From: Methanothrix sp.
Lineage (GTDB): Archaea > Halobacteriota > Methanosarcinia > Methanotrichales > Methanotrichaceae
NCBI GenBank assembly: GCA_963682135.1
Contig: OY821645.1
Location: forward strand, 2,784,001-2,848,000
Direction: 5' to 3'
Length of the DNA: 64,000 nt
Numbering within the stretch: the first letter of the stretch is position 1; each line of letters begins with the position of its first letter. Of the stretch, positions 50,530 through 60,745 are shown one piece after another. The translations under genes and the position numbers were made by a program. Under the pieces are notes generated by a model, which saw only the letters and a list, made by a program, of their open reading frames with translations, was not told where the DNA came from and searched no databases.

Positions 50530-50855
50530 AGAGGATGACAAAATCAGAGGTTAACATGAATCCTCGATTGGCTAATGGTCTCATAAACGAAAACCAATGG
50601 ATCTGGACATCAAGCTCGGATATGAAACGCCCATGCGCCCCAGGCAGAGGCTCACACGTGACGGATGGAAAACCACATATTGTAATCCGTTCACGTTAAA
50701 TGTGGTTATGGGCAGTGAAGGCTGACAAGTTTATGGGACGGCTGATCCCGCGATTGAAACGAGCCAAGATCCCCCGAATACGGGACTGCGTCATAGAACG
50801 CGTATGGGAAATTATCTCATATCAGGGAAACATCATCTGCCCATACCAGGCAGAA
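50530..50855 (+). ncRNA. Candidate IS110 bridge RNA region (strand inferred)
   Basis: Upstream non-coding region with hairpins; 50665-50679 is the perfect reverse complement of the element right end 52202-52216. Confidence 0.55.
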
Positions 50856-50861
50856 ATGTAT

Positions 50862-52181
50862 ATGAAAAAACGAAGAGATAGAGTTTGCGGTGCAGATGTC
50901 CATAAAGATTTGATCGTGGCAACAATAACAGGCGATGATTTTCAACCGATTCGAATGGATTTTGGGACAACGAAAACTGAACTTAGGAAATTTCGCAAAT
51001 GGCTGGTAGCCAACAAATGCGAACAGGTGGCATTTGAGGCTACTGGAGTCTATTGGATACCGATCTATGATGCATTGAGCAAAACCATAGATACAATCGT
51101 TGCCAATCCGTTGCAGATAAAGACTATTCCCAACGACAAATCTGATTCAAAAGACTCAAAGCGGATTGCATCTCTTTGCCTGAACAATCAAATCAAGCGC
51201 TCTAGGGTATTTACCAATGAAGACCGAGATCTCAGGACTCTAACTCGAGCCAGGTCCGGATATGTCAAGACACGAACTCAGTTCCGGAATCGGATACACA
51301 AATACCTTTCATCATGCGGGATCAAACTCAGTTCTTGCATGGACGACATATTCTGCAAATCCGGCAGATATATTTTGGACGGTCTGGCAAAAAAGAAGTC
51401 CATCGAGAAGATCTTGAAAGGCATCCCATCCGGAAAAATAAGGAAAAAGCAAGACGAAATTAGGGTAGCACTTGAAAGAAGTCTTGATGATACAAACAGA
51501 ATGCTCTTAATAGATGCCCTGGAATTCATTGATAATCTCGAATCCAAAATAGAAAAGCTGAGCCATGAGGTCCTGAAAAAGATTCAGCAGAAGAGCAAAG
51601 ACCTGGCCATCGTCATGTCAATTCCAGGAATTGGATTCGTATCCGCATCGGCCATATTGTCTGAAATTGGAAATTACCGTGATTTTCAGACACCTGACCA
51701 ACTCGCTAAATGGTGCGGCCTCAATCCTGGAGAAAGCGAATCTGCGGGCAAAAAGAAAAAATGCGGAATTACAAAGAAGGGTTCCAAGTACATTAGAGTT
51801 ATGCTGGTTCAGGCTGCAAAGACCATCGGAAGAATGAAAAATACACGGCTTTCCAGGTTCTTCCAGAGGTTGGTCAAAAAGAAGGAGCCAAATGTAGCCA
51901 CTATTGCTGTAGCCAGGAAGCTTATCTGTCTCATTCATCATCTTCTTATCAACCAGGAGCTGTATCAGGAAGGTGAATGCAGATCGAGAGGAGCAAGTCA
52001 GGATAAGTCCTGCCAGGCACCTTCATTTCAGGATGAGCAATTGACGGATAGAGTAGCTGCAATTGTGGACGCCTTTTATCACCTGAAAGAGGGCAGCAGG
52101 AAGAATGCTCTTATGCGTGAGCTTGGAGCCATTTCTATAACAAAACCCGGCCAGAAAAGGCCATCCGGGGGAGGTGAATAG
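50862..52181 (+). CDS. IS110-family transposase/recombinase
   Basis: GADVHKD, FEATGVYW, KSDSKDS (DEDD); SIPGIG, GLNPGESESAGK (catalytic Ser region), AVARKL. Confidence 0.93.
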   Translation: MKKRRDRVCGADVHKDLIVATITGDDFQPIRMDFGTTKTELRKFRKWLVANKCEQVAFEATGVYWIPIYDALSKTIDTIVANPLQIKTIPNDKSDSKDSKRIASLCLNNQIKRSRVFTNEDRDLRTLTRARSGYVKTRTQFRNRIHKYLSSCGIKLSSCMDDIFCKSGRYILDGLAKKKSIEKILKGIPSGKIRKKQDEIRVALERSLDDTNRMLLIDALEFIDNLESKIEKLSHEVLKKIQQKSKDLAIVMSIPGIGFVSASAILSEIGNYRDFQTPDQLAKWCGLNPGESESAGKKKKCGITKKGSKYIRVMLVQAAKTIGRMKNTRLSRFFQRLVKKKEPNVATIAVARKLICLIHHLLINQELYQEGECRSRGASQDKSCQAPSFQDEQLTDRVAAIVDAFYHLKEGSRKNALMRELGAISITKPGQKRPSGGGE

Positions 52182-52261
52182 GTCGCCTCCTGATTATGAT
52201 TTATGTGGTTTTCCATGGGAAATCTAATTCACTACCCGCAATACGATATATGGAGAAAACG

Positions 52262-53467
52262 ATGTATTCATTTAGTGATATGAAATTATTAGTTATAACA
52301 GAAAGGTATCCTCATAAAATGGATTCCGTAAGTGCATCTTTTGTAAAACATCAGATCAAATATATAAAGAATTATATTGATACAGTATATGTAATATCGC
52401 TAACGGCATTCATCCCTAAATTTTTAGCTAAATGCTCTTTCATGCATCCGTTATGGCGGATGGATGCGTATGCAGAAAATTATAATTATGATAATGTATA
52501 TGTGTACTATGCGAAACATTTTAATCTTCCTTTATCTTTTTGCATGAAACATAAAGCAGAAATAACTTTAAATGTAGTTAAAAATATAATAAATAGAAAA
52601 AAGTTGGATTTTGATTTGATTCATGCTCATTTTATCGATCCTGCGGGCTATGTAGCAGTGAAACTTAAATATTTATATAGAAAACCAGTTATATTGACTG
52701 TTCATGAAAATAGAGAATGGTACTTAAAATTAATCTCTTCTCCGAGTAAGAAGACGTCCTATACTCTGCAAAATGCAGATAAAATAATTCGGGTCAATAA
52801 GAATGATATAGAAAATTTAAAACGTCTGGTAAAAAATGATTCTAAATTGATATATATGCCTAACGGATATAATTCTGAACTATTTAAGCCGTTGAATATG
52901 CTAAATTGCCGCTTGACACTTGGGTTAAGGCATGACAAAAAAATAATTTTAAATATTGCAAGTTTAGAGACTAAGAAGGGACACGTATTTTTGATAGATG
53001 CAATGGAGAACGTTTTTAAAATTAGAAAAGATGTATTGCTTTATATTATTGGGCAAGGATCTCTGGAAAAGGAACTTAAGCAATTGGTTGCTGAGAAATG
53101 TCTTCAAGATTGTGTCATCTTCGCGGGTGGCAATAAACCTCAAGAGGAGTTACCGATTTGGATAAATGCCTGCGATATATTTATTGTGTCAAGCTTAAGC
53201 GAAAGCTTTGGGATTGTCCAGATTGAGGCCCTAGCTTGCGGAAAACCAGTGGTAGCCACTTATAATGGTGGGAGCGAAGAGGTCATAATAAATGAGAAAT
53301 TGGGTGTCCTAGTTGCATCAAAGGACTCCCAGGGATTGGCATGTGCAATATTACAGGCTCTTGATGCCAAATGGGATGAGGAATTTATAATAGATTACGC
53401 CAATAATTATGCATTGAATCATACAACTAAAAATTTAATTCAGGTATACGAATCTACTCTGGCTTAA
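52262..53467 (+). CDS. GT4 glycosyltransferase (TuaC-like)
   Basis: IHAHF, KKGH, SLSESFGIVQIEALACGKPVV; start after GGAG. Confidence 0.88.
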   Translation: MYSFSDMKLLVITERYPHKMDSVSASFVKHQIKYIKNYIDTVYVISLTAFIPKFLAKCSFMHPLWRMDAYAENYNYDNVYVYYAKHFNLPLSFCMKHKAEITLNVVKNIINRKKLDFDLIHAHFIDPAGYVAVKLKYLYRKPVILTVHENREWYLKLISSPSKKTSYTLQNADKIIRVNKNDIENLKRLVKNDSKLIYMPNGYNSELFKPLNMLNCRLTLGLRHDKKIILNIASLETKKGHVFLIDAMENVFKIRKDVLLYIIGQGSLEKELKQLVAEKCLQDCVIFAGGNKPQEELPIWINACDIFIVSSLSESFGIVQIEALACGKPVVATYNGGSEEVIINEKLGVLVASKDSQGLACAILQALDAKWDEEFIIDYANNYALNHTTKNLIQVYESTLA

Positions 53468-54497
53468 GGATGACTTTAATGGTGGGGCGAGTATATTCTT
53501 CGTAATTCAAGAGATGTTTTCCCATTATTTTAGCAAATCCTTCCATATCAATTTTTATCAAACTGCATAGGATGCAAAGCAACGCAATTAGTTTTAAATA
53601 ATATGTTCCCTTGGCAAAAGCTTCTGTAAAGTCAATTCTAGCGATATTCCAATTACCTTTAATTAAATTAATTCTGCCAGAATATAAATATCCACAGGCA
53701 ATCCCCACATGATATGTCTTATAAAGAGCATTTTCTGTGATTCCCTGCATTTTTAGCGAATGAACTAAATCTCGCGGTAGTTTATCATAAAAATCTATTA
53801 TAAACTTGTAGGACGTGGCCATCTCTAAAACCATTGATGTGGTTACTTGTCTATTGTGTCTTCTCCAATACCCCAGTGTATCATTAATGGGCAGAAAATC
53901 TCCAATCAAAATAAGCTCCAACCATGTCGGATAATCTACATATGGGCATCCAGTCGGTTGCCTAAACCCACCGATCGAGAGTAGTCTATCCTTTCGACAT
54001 ATCACAGTGCAGGCAGTAATGAAATCTCTGTAAATCAATTCTCCTATAAGTCTCGATTTGGGCATAGTCTCATATTTTTCGATGTTTTCTGGGGTCGAAA
54101 ACATATGAGTTCCTTCGATATTTACATTGACAGCTTTTCCAAAGCAAAGTACGATTTCTGGATTGATAAACGCAGGTATTTGCTTTTCTAATTTGTTTGC
54201 AGGCCAAAAATCGTCTCCTTCCAAGACCGCTATGAGTTCTCCTCTTGAAATACTAAGAACCTTATTATATGTTTCTCCAAGTTTAAATATACCTGCATTT
54301 TTTTGCTGTATATATTTTATGCGTTCGTCTTTGTAGCGTTCAACTACCTCTGCTGTACCATCGATGGACCCATCATCGATGATTATTAGCTCCCAATAGG
54401 GATATGTCTGTGCTAAGACGCTCTCAATACATTGCCCGATAAACATCTCATGATTATATGTAGGCGTTATAATGGATACAAAAGGTCTATATATCAT
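53454..54497 (-). CDS. GT2 glycosyltransferase
   Basis: VSIITPTYN, IIDDGSIDGT, LEGDDFW..KLEKQ, VDYPTWL. Confidence 0.9.
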   Translation of the reverse strand: MIYRPFVSIITPTYNHEMFIGQCIESVLAQTYPYWELIIIDDGSIDGTAEVVERYKDERIKYIQQKNAGIFKLGETYNKVLSISRGELIAVLEGDDFWPANKLEKQIPAFINPEIVLCFGKAVNVNIEGTHMFSTPENIEKYETMPKSRLIGELIYRDFITACTVICRKDRLLSIGGFRQPTGCPYVDYPTWLELILIGDFLPINDTLGYWRRHNRQVTTSMVLEMATSYKFIIDFYDKLPRDLVHSLKMQGITENALYKTYHVGIACGYLYSGRINLIKGNWNIARIDFTEAFAKGTYYLKLIALLCILCSLIKIDMEGFAKIMGKHLLNYEEYTRPTIKVILKPE

Positions 54498-54708
54498 AGA
54501 ATCACTCTCAACGATGTGATTGACACATGATCCATTTGGTTATTTGTTGGTTCATGCGGTTTAATCAAATGCGAGTTTTCTCATTAATTATACAAGTAAT
54601 AATCATCAAAATTTTTGTTAAACTTCAGGCTCCTACGCAAACTCCATGTCGAGGGATTCTTGAATTTATATGTCATATATAATAGTTAACTAGACGATTT
54701 CGCTACCA

Positions 54709-55458
54709 TTACCTAGCTATCGACCGAATATGCTCAAAAAAATTTATTATTATTTTTGCATAATAGTTTATTCTAATTTTTTTTATAGTTATAGGATTTT
54801 GAGCGTCCCAATTTCCATTAGTAGTATATATATAATTATAGCTATATTTATGTTTTTGGAGCAATTTTTCCAAAGAAAAAAAATATCTTTCAGAAAAGGA
54901 ATATCCACTTGACCTATGATATAAGTAGCATGGTAGAACATAAGCATATAGACCCAGAAGCTTTGCACTCAGACAATAATCTACTGCATATAAGTGCCAA
55001 TCATCACAAACTAGCTCATCGAATTGCAGTTTATCGAATATTTTTTTTGGTATGATTACGAGACATTCATCTAACGTTTGTACATTTTCAGGGCCTTCTA
55101 TCTGGGTGTTCCCTGCTAATGTAGGTGGATTGCCATGCTTAATGTTTGTAATCACACCAGTACTATTTTTTGCACCGGCTACTCCGGCAATTCCAAGACT
55201 CGGTAAGGAATCTAATGTTTTTTCTGCATTCTCTAACCAATATTCCGAAGATAAATTAACGTCTTGATGTATAAACATAATATATTTAGAATTTGCCTGC
55301 CTACCTCCTCTGTTCAGAGCTTTTGCCGCAGAATTAAATTCTGCCTTAGTATTGTCTATCATTATCAAATTGTATTCTGCGGTTTGTTTTTGGAGACCAT
55401 TTAATAGATATTTCTCCAAAATTTGCCTATTATTATATGCGCAGACAATGGATATCAA
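54709..55458 (-). CDS. GT2-like glycosyltransferase
   Basis: ISIVCAYN, ALNRG, FIHQDV, GVAG, TLDECL, WHLYAVDYCL. Confidence 0.85.
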   Translation of the reverse strand: MISIVCAYNNRQILEKYLLNGLQKQTAEYNLIMIDNTKAEFNSAAKALNRGGRQANSKYIMFIHQDVNLSSEYWLENAEKTLDSLPSLGIAGVAGAKNSTGVITNIKHGNPPTLAGNTQIEGPENVQTLDECLVIIPKKIFDKLQFDELVCDDWHLYAVDYCLSAKLLGLYAYVLPCYLYHRSSGYSFSERYFFSLEKLLQKHKYSYNYIYTTNGNWDAQNPITIKKIRINYYAKIIINFFEHIRSIAR

Positions 55459-55515
55459 TTTAACAACCCCTCTATCTAGACAGTGTTAACATCAAGCCTC
55501 GGAATTTTGAAGAAA

Positions 55516-55858
55516 TCAAACTGCGCGCGGCCACCCCACCCTAAACGCCCATGTGCCTCAGCATAATTGCACATACGAGGCGAATGAAAAACAAGATCTA
55601 TCGACATCTTAAGTCTCGTTTTTCATGGGAAAGGGATGGGTATGCTTCGGCCCGCGCGCCAGGGTTAGCCGGATTTCAGAAACATCCGAACCTTCGGTTT
55701 CCTGGATCTGCTTATCAGAATAATTGCGTATTTGCGTTCGGTTGCATGATCGCCTTGTTAAATCAATCTCAGAAAACATGAAATCAGGGCGAGGGTTCAC
55801 TTCATCCCCAACCTTAAGGATGGGGAATTCGTGACCCTCCGCACTCCCGTTGTTTTAA
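55516..55858 (-). mobile_element. Non-autonomous IS200/IS605-type element with omegaRNA/HEARO-like features, no ORF
   Basis: Terminal hairpin CCCCATCCTTAAGGTTGGGG inside an extended stem; internal CGGATGTTTCTGAAATCCG..CCCTGG..GCCGAAG; opposite end TTTAGGGTGGGGTGGCCGCGCGCAGTTTGA. Confidence 0.55.
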
Positions 55859-56089
55859 TATGACTCTTCTTCTGATTAATCCGGAAGCCAGCCCGGTCAC
55901 TTCATCATCATCATATGCTTGCAGCGATTTCGGAGATCATAGGTAGGATTTGGTTGGGACCTCTATGTCGCACCAGCGATGACCTAGCAAGCACTGCATC
56001 AACTCTACCCTTATCGCCGTAATACATACCAAATTATAGAATTCGCTTTTGTGGGAGCATCCCCATAGGGCGTATTTTTTGTAGTCTTT

Positions 56090-57007
56090 CTAATTTTTAT
56101 CTAAGGGCCGAATTATACGTTTCAGCCTGACAACATTAGCATAAGCATTCTCACCAAATAACCATGAAAGAGCGACTACCAAGTATTTTATGTTAAATGG
56201 ATTTGACCTCAGCGCCCGCAGAAGGTACATTCTTCCTTCACGCTTGCTTCCAGCTTGGCACAAATGAAATCCAATCGAATACTGCCAGCTCGCCAATGAA
56301 TATTTATTCCTCTTGAAAGTACGAATGTGTTTCTCAATTATTAGCTTACTTGCTTTAAAGAATGCATCCTGATTAGCAGAGATACTATCTTGCGAATAAA
56401 ACGCATTTAGTAACGGCTCGTCAATGCAATCAAATATATAATATTTTGATATTCTAATGAATAGTTCCCAATCTTGGAGGCGAGGAAGACTTTCGTCAAA
56501 AACGCCTACTTTTTCGAAGCATTCCTTTCTTATGACTACCGCATCGGCTGCCACAAAATTTCCATTAAGAAGCTCTTCATGTAAATTACCTTTCTTTATT
56601 TTTATATTTTGGCCAGGCATATACATTCTACTATCGTCTTTTATTAAATAGAATCCAGTATAAACTACTCCAACCTGGGTTGAAGCCTTTTCAAAGATTC
56701 TCATCTGTTTTTCTAATTTTTCTGGCAACCATTCATCATCGCTATCTTGAAATGCTATGTATTCCCCATGCGCTGCATTTATTCCTGTATTCCTGGCTGC
56801 CGAGCCGCCTCTGTTCAACTCGTGGCGGATGTATCGGATGCGCGGATCGTTGAAGCCCATGATCACCTCTTTGGTATTGTCCATGGACGCGTCGTCCACT
56901 ACAATGAGTTCGAAGTCATGGTAGGTCTGGTCCAGCACGCTACGAATCGCCCTAGCTATCAAATGCGCACGATTGTAGGTCGGGAGGATTACACTTACGA
57001 TTGACAT
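56090..57007 (-). CDS. GT2 glycosyltransferase
   Basis: VSVILPTYNR, VDDAS.DNT, ARNTGI, FQDSDDEW, QDWEL. Confidence 0.92.
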   Translation of the reverse strand: MSIVSVILPTYNRAHLIARAIRSVLDQTYHDFELIVVDDASMDNTKEVIMGFNDPRIRYIRHELNRGGSAARNTGINAAHGEYIAFQDSDDEWLPEKLEKQMRIFEKASTQVGVVYTGFYLIKDDSRMYMPGQNIKIKKGNLHEELLNGNFVAADAVVIRKECFEKVGVFDESLPRLQDWELFIRISKYYIFDCIDEPLLNAFYSQDSISANQDAFFKASKLIIEKHIRTFKRNKYSLASWQYSIGFHLCQAGSKREGRMYLLRALRSNPFNIKYLVVALSWLFGENAYANVVRLKRIIRPLDKN

Positions 57008-57290
57008 CTCGCTCTCCTTTATTTACGATAAACGGATTCTTAGTCTGTGAATGCCTTCCCTATGTAGGTCTATTCTAATGGCTTCGCCATTTTAGGTTGA
57101 ATTGCTCAATAGACTTCGTCTAATGATATTGTTTAACAATCTGGCGATAGTCACTGGTGAGCTCTTATTCGTCATCAAATGGCATCGACATGCGCCCAAT
57201 TCAGGAGAGCTAAGCATTTACAATAAAAGCAAACACCAGAATTTAAACTAATATGTGAGCTCAATCAATAACCAATGTTGAGCAATTTGA

Positions 57291-58595
57291 TTATGCTTTC
57301 ACTATTTTATCACTTCTAATATGACATGTCGCATTTCTTGTATCTACAATTAGTTTGCTATTTTTTACTATAGATTCGTAATTATAAGAGGAATGATCTG
57401 TCAATATAACTACGCAGTCGTATTCCCACAAATCCGTTTCTAAAATTGGAACTGATCTCATCTGGAAATTATACTTTCTAATTTTTGGCATCTTTGGAAC
57501 ATAAGGGTCATTGTATTTCACTTTTGCTCCATGGGTAATAAATAGGTCCATCACCTTCAAAGATGGTGATTCCCTTGTATCTCCAACATCTTTTTTATAG
57601 GCTAGACCAAGGATTAGTATTTTCGAATCCTTTACTGATATATTTCGGTCATTGAGAGCTTGTATGGTCTTTTCTACCACATAGTAAGGCATATGGGTGT
57701 TGACCATTCCTGCAAGTTCTATGAACCTAGTCTCAAAGTCGTACTCTCTAGCCTTCCAGGTCAAGTAAAATGGATCTATGGGAATACAATGTCCGCCCAA
57801 GCCAGGACCAGGATAGAATGCCTGGAAGCCAAAGGGTTTGGTCTTGGCAGCATCTATTACTTCCCAGATATCTATGCCCATACGGTCAAATAGAATCTTG
57901 AGCTCGTTAACAAGCGCAATATTTACTGCACGGTAGATATTTTCGAGAAGCTTGGTTGCTTCCGCCGCTCTAGTAGAAGATACGGAAATGGTCTCGATCA
58001 AAATGGATTCATAAAGAGCCTTTGTAGCCTCTAGGCATTGTTCAGTGAATCCGCCTATCACTTTAGGTGTGTTGACAAGGCTGAATGCTTTGTTGTTTGG
58101 ATCCTCTCTTTCAGGAGAATATGCCAGGTAGAAGTCTTCTCCTGCCCTCAAACCAGTTGCTTCAAGTATTGCCCTCATTTCTTCGTCGGTTGTACCAGGG
58201 TATGTTGTAGACTCCAGTATGATTAGCTGGCCTTTGCGCAAATGCTTAGCGATTGTTCGACTGGTGTCAAAGACATATGATAAATCAGGCTCTCGGTTTC
58301 TATTGAGGGGAGTAGGAACGCAGATTATTATGCAATCAGTCACCTCCAGGAGATTAAAATCTGTGATTGGCTTGAGCTTGCCTTTTTCCATGACCGCCAT
58401 TATTTTTTTAAAATCGATGTGGTGAATGTAGCTTTTCCCATCCTGAAGAGCGTCTATCTTTTTTCCATCAATATCGAAGCCGTATACGTCAAAGCCAGAT
58501 TGTGAAAAAGCTAATGCAAGGGGGAGGCCTACGTATCCAAGGCCAATTATACCTACTTTAGCATTTCTATTTTTAATTTTATCGATCAATTCCAT
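57291..58595 (-). CDS. UDP-N-acetylhexosamine 6-dehydrogenase (WbpA/WbpO/WecC family)
   Basis: GLGYVGLP, ICVPTP, ESTTYPGTT, SPEREDP, GLGGHCIPIDP, YKKDVGDTRESP. Confidence 0.92.
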   Translation of the reverse strand: MELIDKIKNRNAKVGIIGLGYVGLPLALAFSQSGFDVYGFDIDGKKIDALQDGKSYIHHIDFKKIMAVMEKGKLKPITDFNLLEVTDCIIICVPTPLNRNREPDLSYVFDTSRTIAKHLRKGQLIILESTTYPGTTDEEMRAILEATGLRAGEDFYLAYSPEREDPNNKAFSLVNTPKVIGGFTEQCLEATKALYESILIETISVSSTRAAEATKLLENIYRAVNIALVNELKILFDRMGIDIWEVIDAAKTKPFGFQAFYPGPGLGGHCIPIDPFYLTWKAREYDFETRFIELAGMVNTHMPYYVVEKTIQALNDRNISVKDSKILILGLAYKKDVGDTRESPSLKVMDLFITHGAKVKYNDPYVPKMPKIRKYNFQMRSVPILETDLWEYDCVVILTDHSSYNYESIVKNSKLIVDTRNATCHIRSDKIVKA

Positions 58596-58726
58596 AAAGA
58601 ATCCTTGCCTTTGATGCTGTGTCGCATAATTTATATAGTAAAAATATAGTATGTGTTTAGCTCACACCCAGGTTTTTAAAATACAACTCTGGCAGAAATG
58701 ATTTAGACCAAAAAAAATTAAGTAAT

Positions 58727-58765
58727 GTGAAACGGCGGCGGCGCACCCGCGCAGCAAGCTGCATG
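58727..58765 (+). repeat. Family B palindromic repeat
   Basis: GTGAAACGGCGGCGGCGCACCCGCGCAGCAAGCTGC. Confidence 0.75.
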
Positions 58766-58914
58766 GTTTTCATTTTCGATAAATATTATTTTATCGAAGA
58801 TCAATATAAATGAGCGTTTTGAACCAAAAAGAGATCTCGGGCATTTAGCGACATAGGATGTCGCAAAATGGGCTTATGGATACTGGTTATGATGTGCTGA
58901 GCATATACAAAAAT

Positions 58915-60267
58915 TTATAAGAGATGAACATATTTCTTTAGTATTCTATTGAAATATGGTTTCGATCTTTTAATCTCTATCAAAGATTCCAGCTTAATCC
59001 CTTGACCGGTCCATTGCATTTCATTTATATCTTTGGCGCATAATTTTCCGCAAAATTCTGCTACGTCAAAAACATTCTCCAGACCAAATTCAGCCGCATC
59101 AAGCACTAGATCACTACCATTAAATCCCTTTTTGAAAGAATCATCACTGCAATATTCCTGAATATGGCAATCAAAAATCTTACCATAAATCTTTTTTATG
59201 AGATGATACCATCCAGGCATACCATCCTCATCTCTGGAATGGTCTTTGAATTTTTTGTCAAACCATAACTGCAAACCACGATCATCAGCTAGCGAATCTC
59301 GGATTTTGCCTAAATGCATTCTCCATTCCGTTTCTCCATCAATGCCTCTGAGAGATCTTTCTCGCAATTCATTCACGCAGTTGAAAGTAAGTCTTTTGCG
59401 GTTGATACAAATATTTTCATCATTAGGGAAAAGATTATCCTTCGCCCAAAGAAACGAGTCTCCAACATATGCAGAATTCACCGGAATATCTGGAATTCTC
59501 GGATGACGTATGCGATTAGCTTCAGCACTCAGGAGCCAAAACTCTTGAGCGATCAAATTATCTTTTGCATAAGTTGTGGCAAATCCGGTACTAAATGACG
59601 ATTTTCCAGCAATGCCTAATGGTAGTCCTATAGAGATGTAGTTCTTTGCGAGATGCGCGAACGCAAAGCCGGAATATACATCAGGACTCTCGGTAGGAAA
59701 TAGGCTTCCCGTTTTATTACGCAACAAATCTATAAGGGTTCGATGAATCGCTGAACGGTAGATCATTGGAAATCCATCGCCATAGCTAATTTCGAAATTG
59801 GCCATTTTTTGAATAACTTTTCGGGAATTAAGCATCTGATTTTTTCTGACAATAGGGATGACGAGTCGATTCTCAAATTCCGGAGCATTTGGCCAATTGT
59901 AGTAAATCCACTGCCAATGCAGGGCTTTAACATCGAATACCCTGAGTAATTGATTGATCATATCAAGTGCATTCAACAAAAGGCCATCGTCATCTCCTAT
60001 TACGATTACATATTCGCCTTCAGCATGAGAAATCGCTAGCTCCCAATTTTGGCTCATTGCAAGAGGTCGGTCTGATCGAATATATTTTATCTTTTCCGAC
60101 TCAAAGCTATCTACTGTTTCCCTGGTTCCAATGGAACTGCAATTGTCGCAGACTATGATCTCATAGTCATTAAAATTTTTTTGATTTAAGCAGGTTAATA
60201 AAGCATACTTCAATGTGGCATGCCTATTTCTGGTCGGTATCACAATGCTGAATCTAGGGGTTGACAT
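58915..60267 (-). CDS. GT2 glycosyltransferase
   Basis: FSIVIPTRNR, VCDNCS, MSQNWE, IGDDDG, SPDVYSG. Confidence 0.88.
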   Translation of the reverse strand: MSTPRFSIVIPTRNRHATLKYALLTCLNQKNFNDYEIIVCDNCSSIGTRETVDSFESEKIKYIRSDRPLAMSQNWELAISHAEGEYVIVIGDDDGLLLNALDMINQLLRVFDVKALHWQWIYYNWPNAPEFENRLVIPIVRKNQMLNSRKVIQKMANFEISYGDGFPMIYRSAIHRTLIDLLRNKTGSLFPTESPDVYSGFAFAHLAKNYISIGLPLGIAGKSSFSTGFATTYAKDNLIAQEFWLLSAEANRIRHPRIPDIPVNSAYVGDSFLWAKDNLFPNDENICINRKRLTFNCVNELRERSLRGIDGETEWRMHLGKIRDSLADDRGLQLWFDKKFKDHSRDEDGMPGWYHLIKKIYGKIFDCHIQEYCSDDSFKKGFNGSDLVLDAAEFGLENVFDVAEFCGKLCAKDINEMQWTGQGIKLESLIEIKRSKPYFNRILKKYVHLL

Positions 60268-60601
60268 TCTATCTCCTAATTATATCCTTATGTAATATAC
60301 GGCGTGTTGTTTTTTTATTCATACTTAATAGTTAATAAGAATAATAATTAATTATGGCTTCTGAGATCTGCTGTAATCGAGACATCCTTTCCTCTCACTG
60401 AGCCTTCGCAATATTCGGATAATAAATCTAAATTATTTGATAATATTACAGATATATGATTTATTGATATTAATTCATAGATACGTTTATAGGAATCCTC
60501 AATAATAAATTTAATCGATACCTCTTTCGATATAAGTGCCCAATAACACCGGATGCCAAAAGAGATCTATAAATGCCCTATATGCTTTAGTCGTTGACCC
60601 A

Positions 60602-60745
60602 AAGTGAAACAGCAGCGCACCCGCGCAGCAAGCTACGGAGCATCCGAGGCGTCGCCGCTTTAAAATGGAACCAGGTAGAGCTAATCAAAGCCTAAGATGA
60701 ATACGTATGCCCTTTATCCCAGTCGCAGCAAGCTGCGGGAATTGC
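60602..60745 (+). repeat. Family B palindromic repeats (full copy plus second half-copy)
   Basis: GTGAAACAGCAGCGCACCCGCGCAGCAAGCTACGGAGCATCCGAGGCGTCGCCGC... and TCGCAGCAAGCTGCGGGA. Confidence 0.75.

Larger units (their letters stand above)
50478..52216 (+). mobile_element. IS110-family element with about 380-bp upstream non-coding region (boundaries approximate)
   Basis: GC step against AT-rich flanks; intact IS110 recombinase; no long terminal IRs. Confidence 0.8.

Noticed and set aside
50475-50861. ORF 50475-50699 and the N-terminal extension of the transposase from 50700
   Set aside because: IS110 homology starts at about 50862; the region is better explained as the structured non-coding end.
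54600-54660. Possible IS terminal repeat (GGCTCCTACGCAAACTC)
   Set aside because: No partner repeat or transposase fragment identified.
55551-55800. Short ORFs 55551-55781 (+) and 55609-55800 (-)
   Set aside because: No protein motifs; they lie within the palindromic non-coding element.
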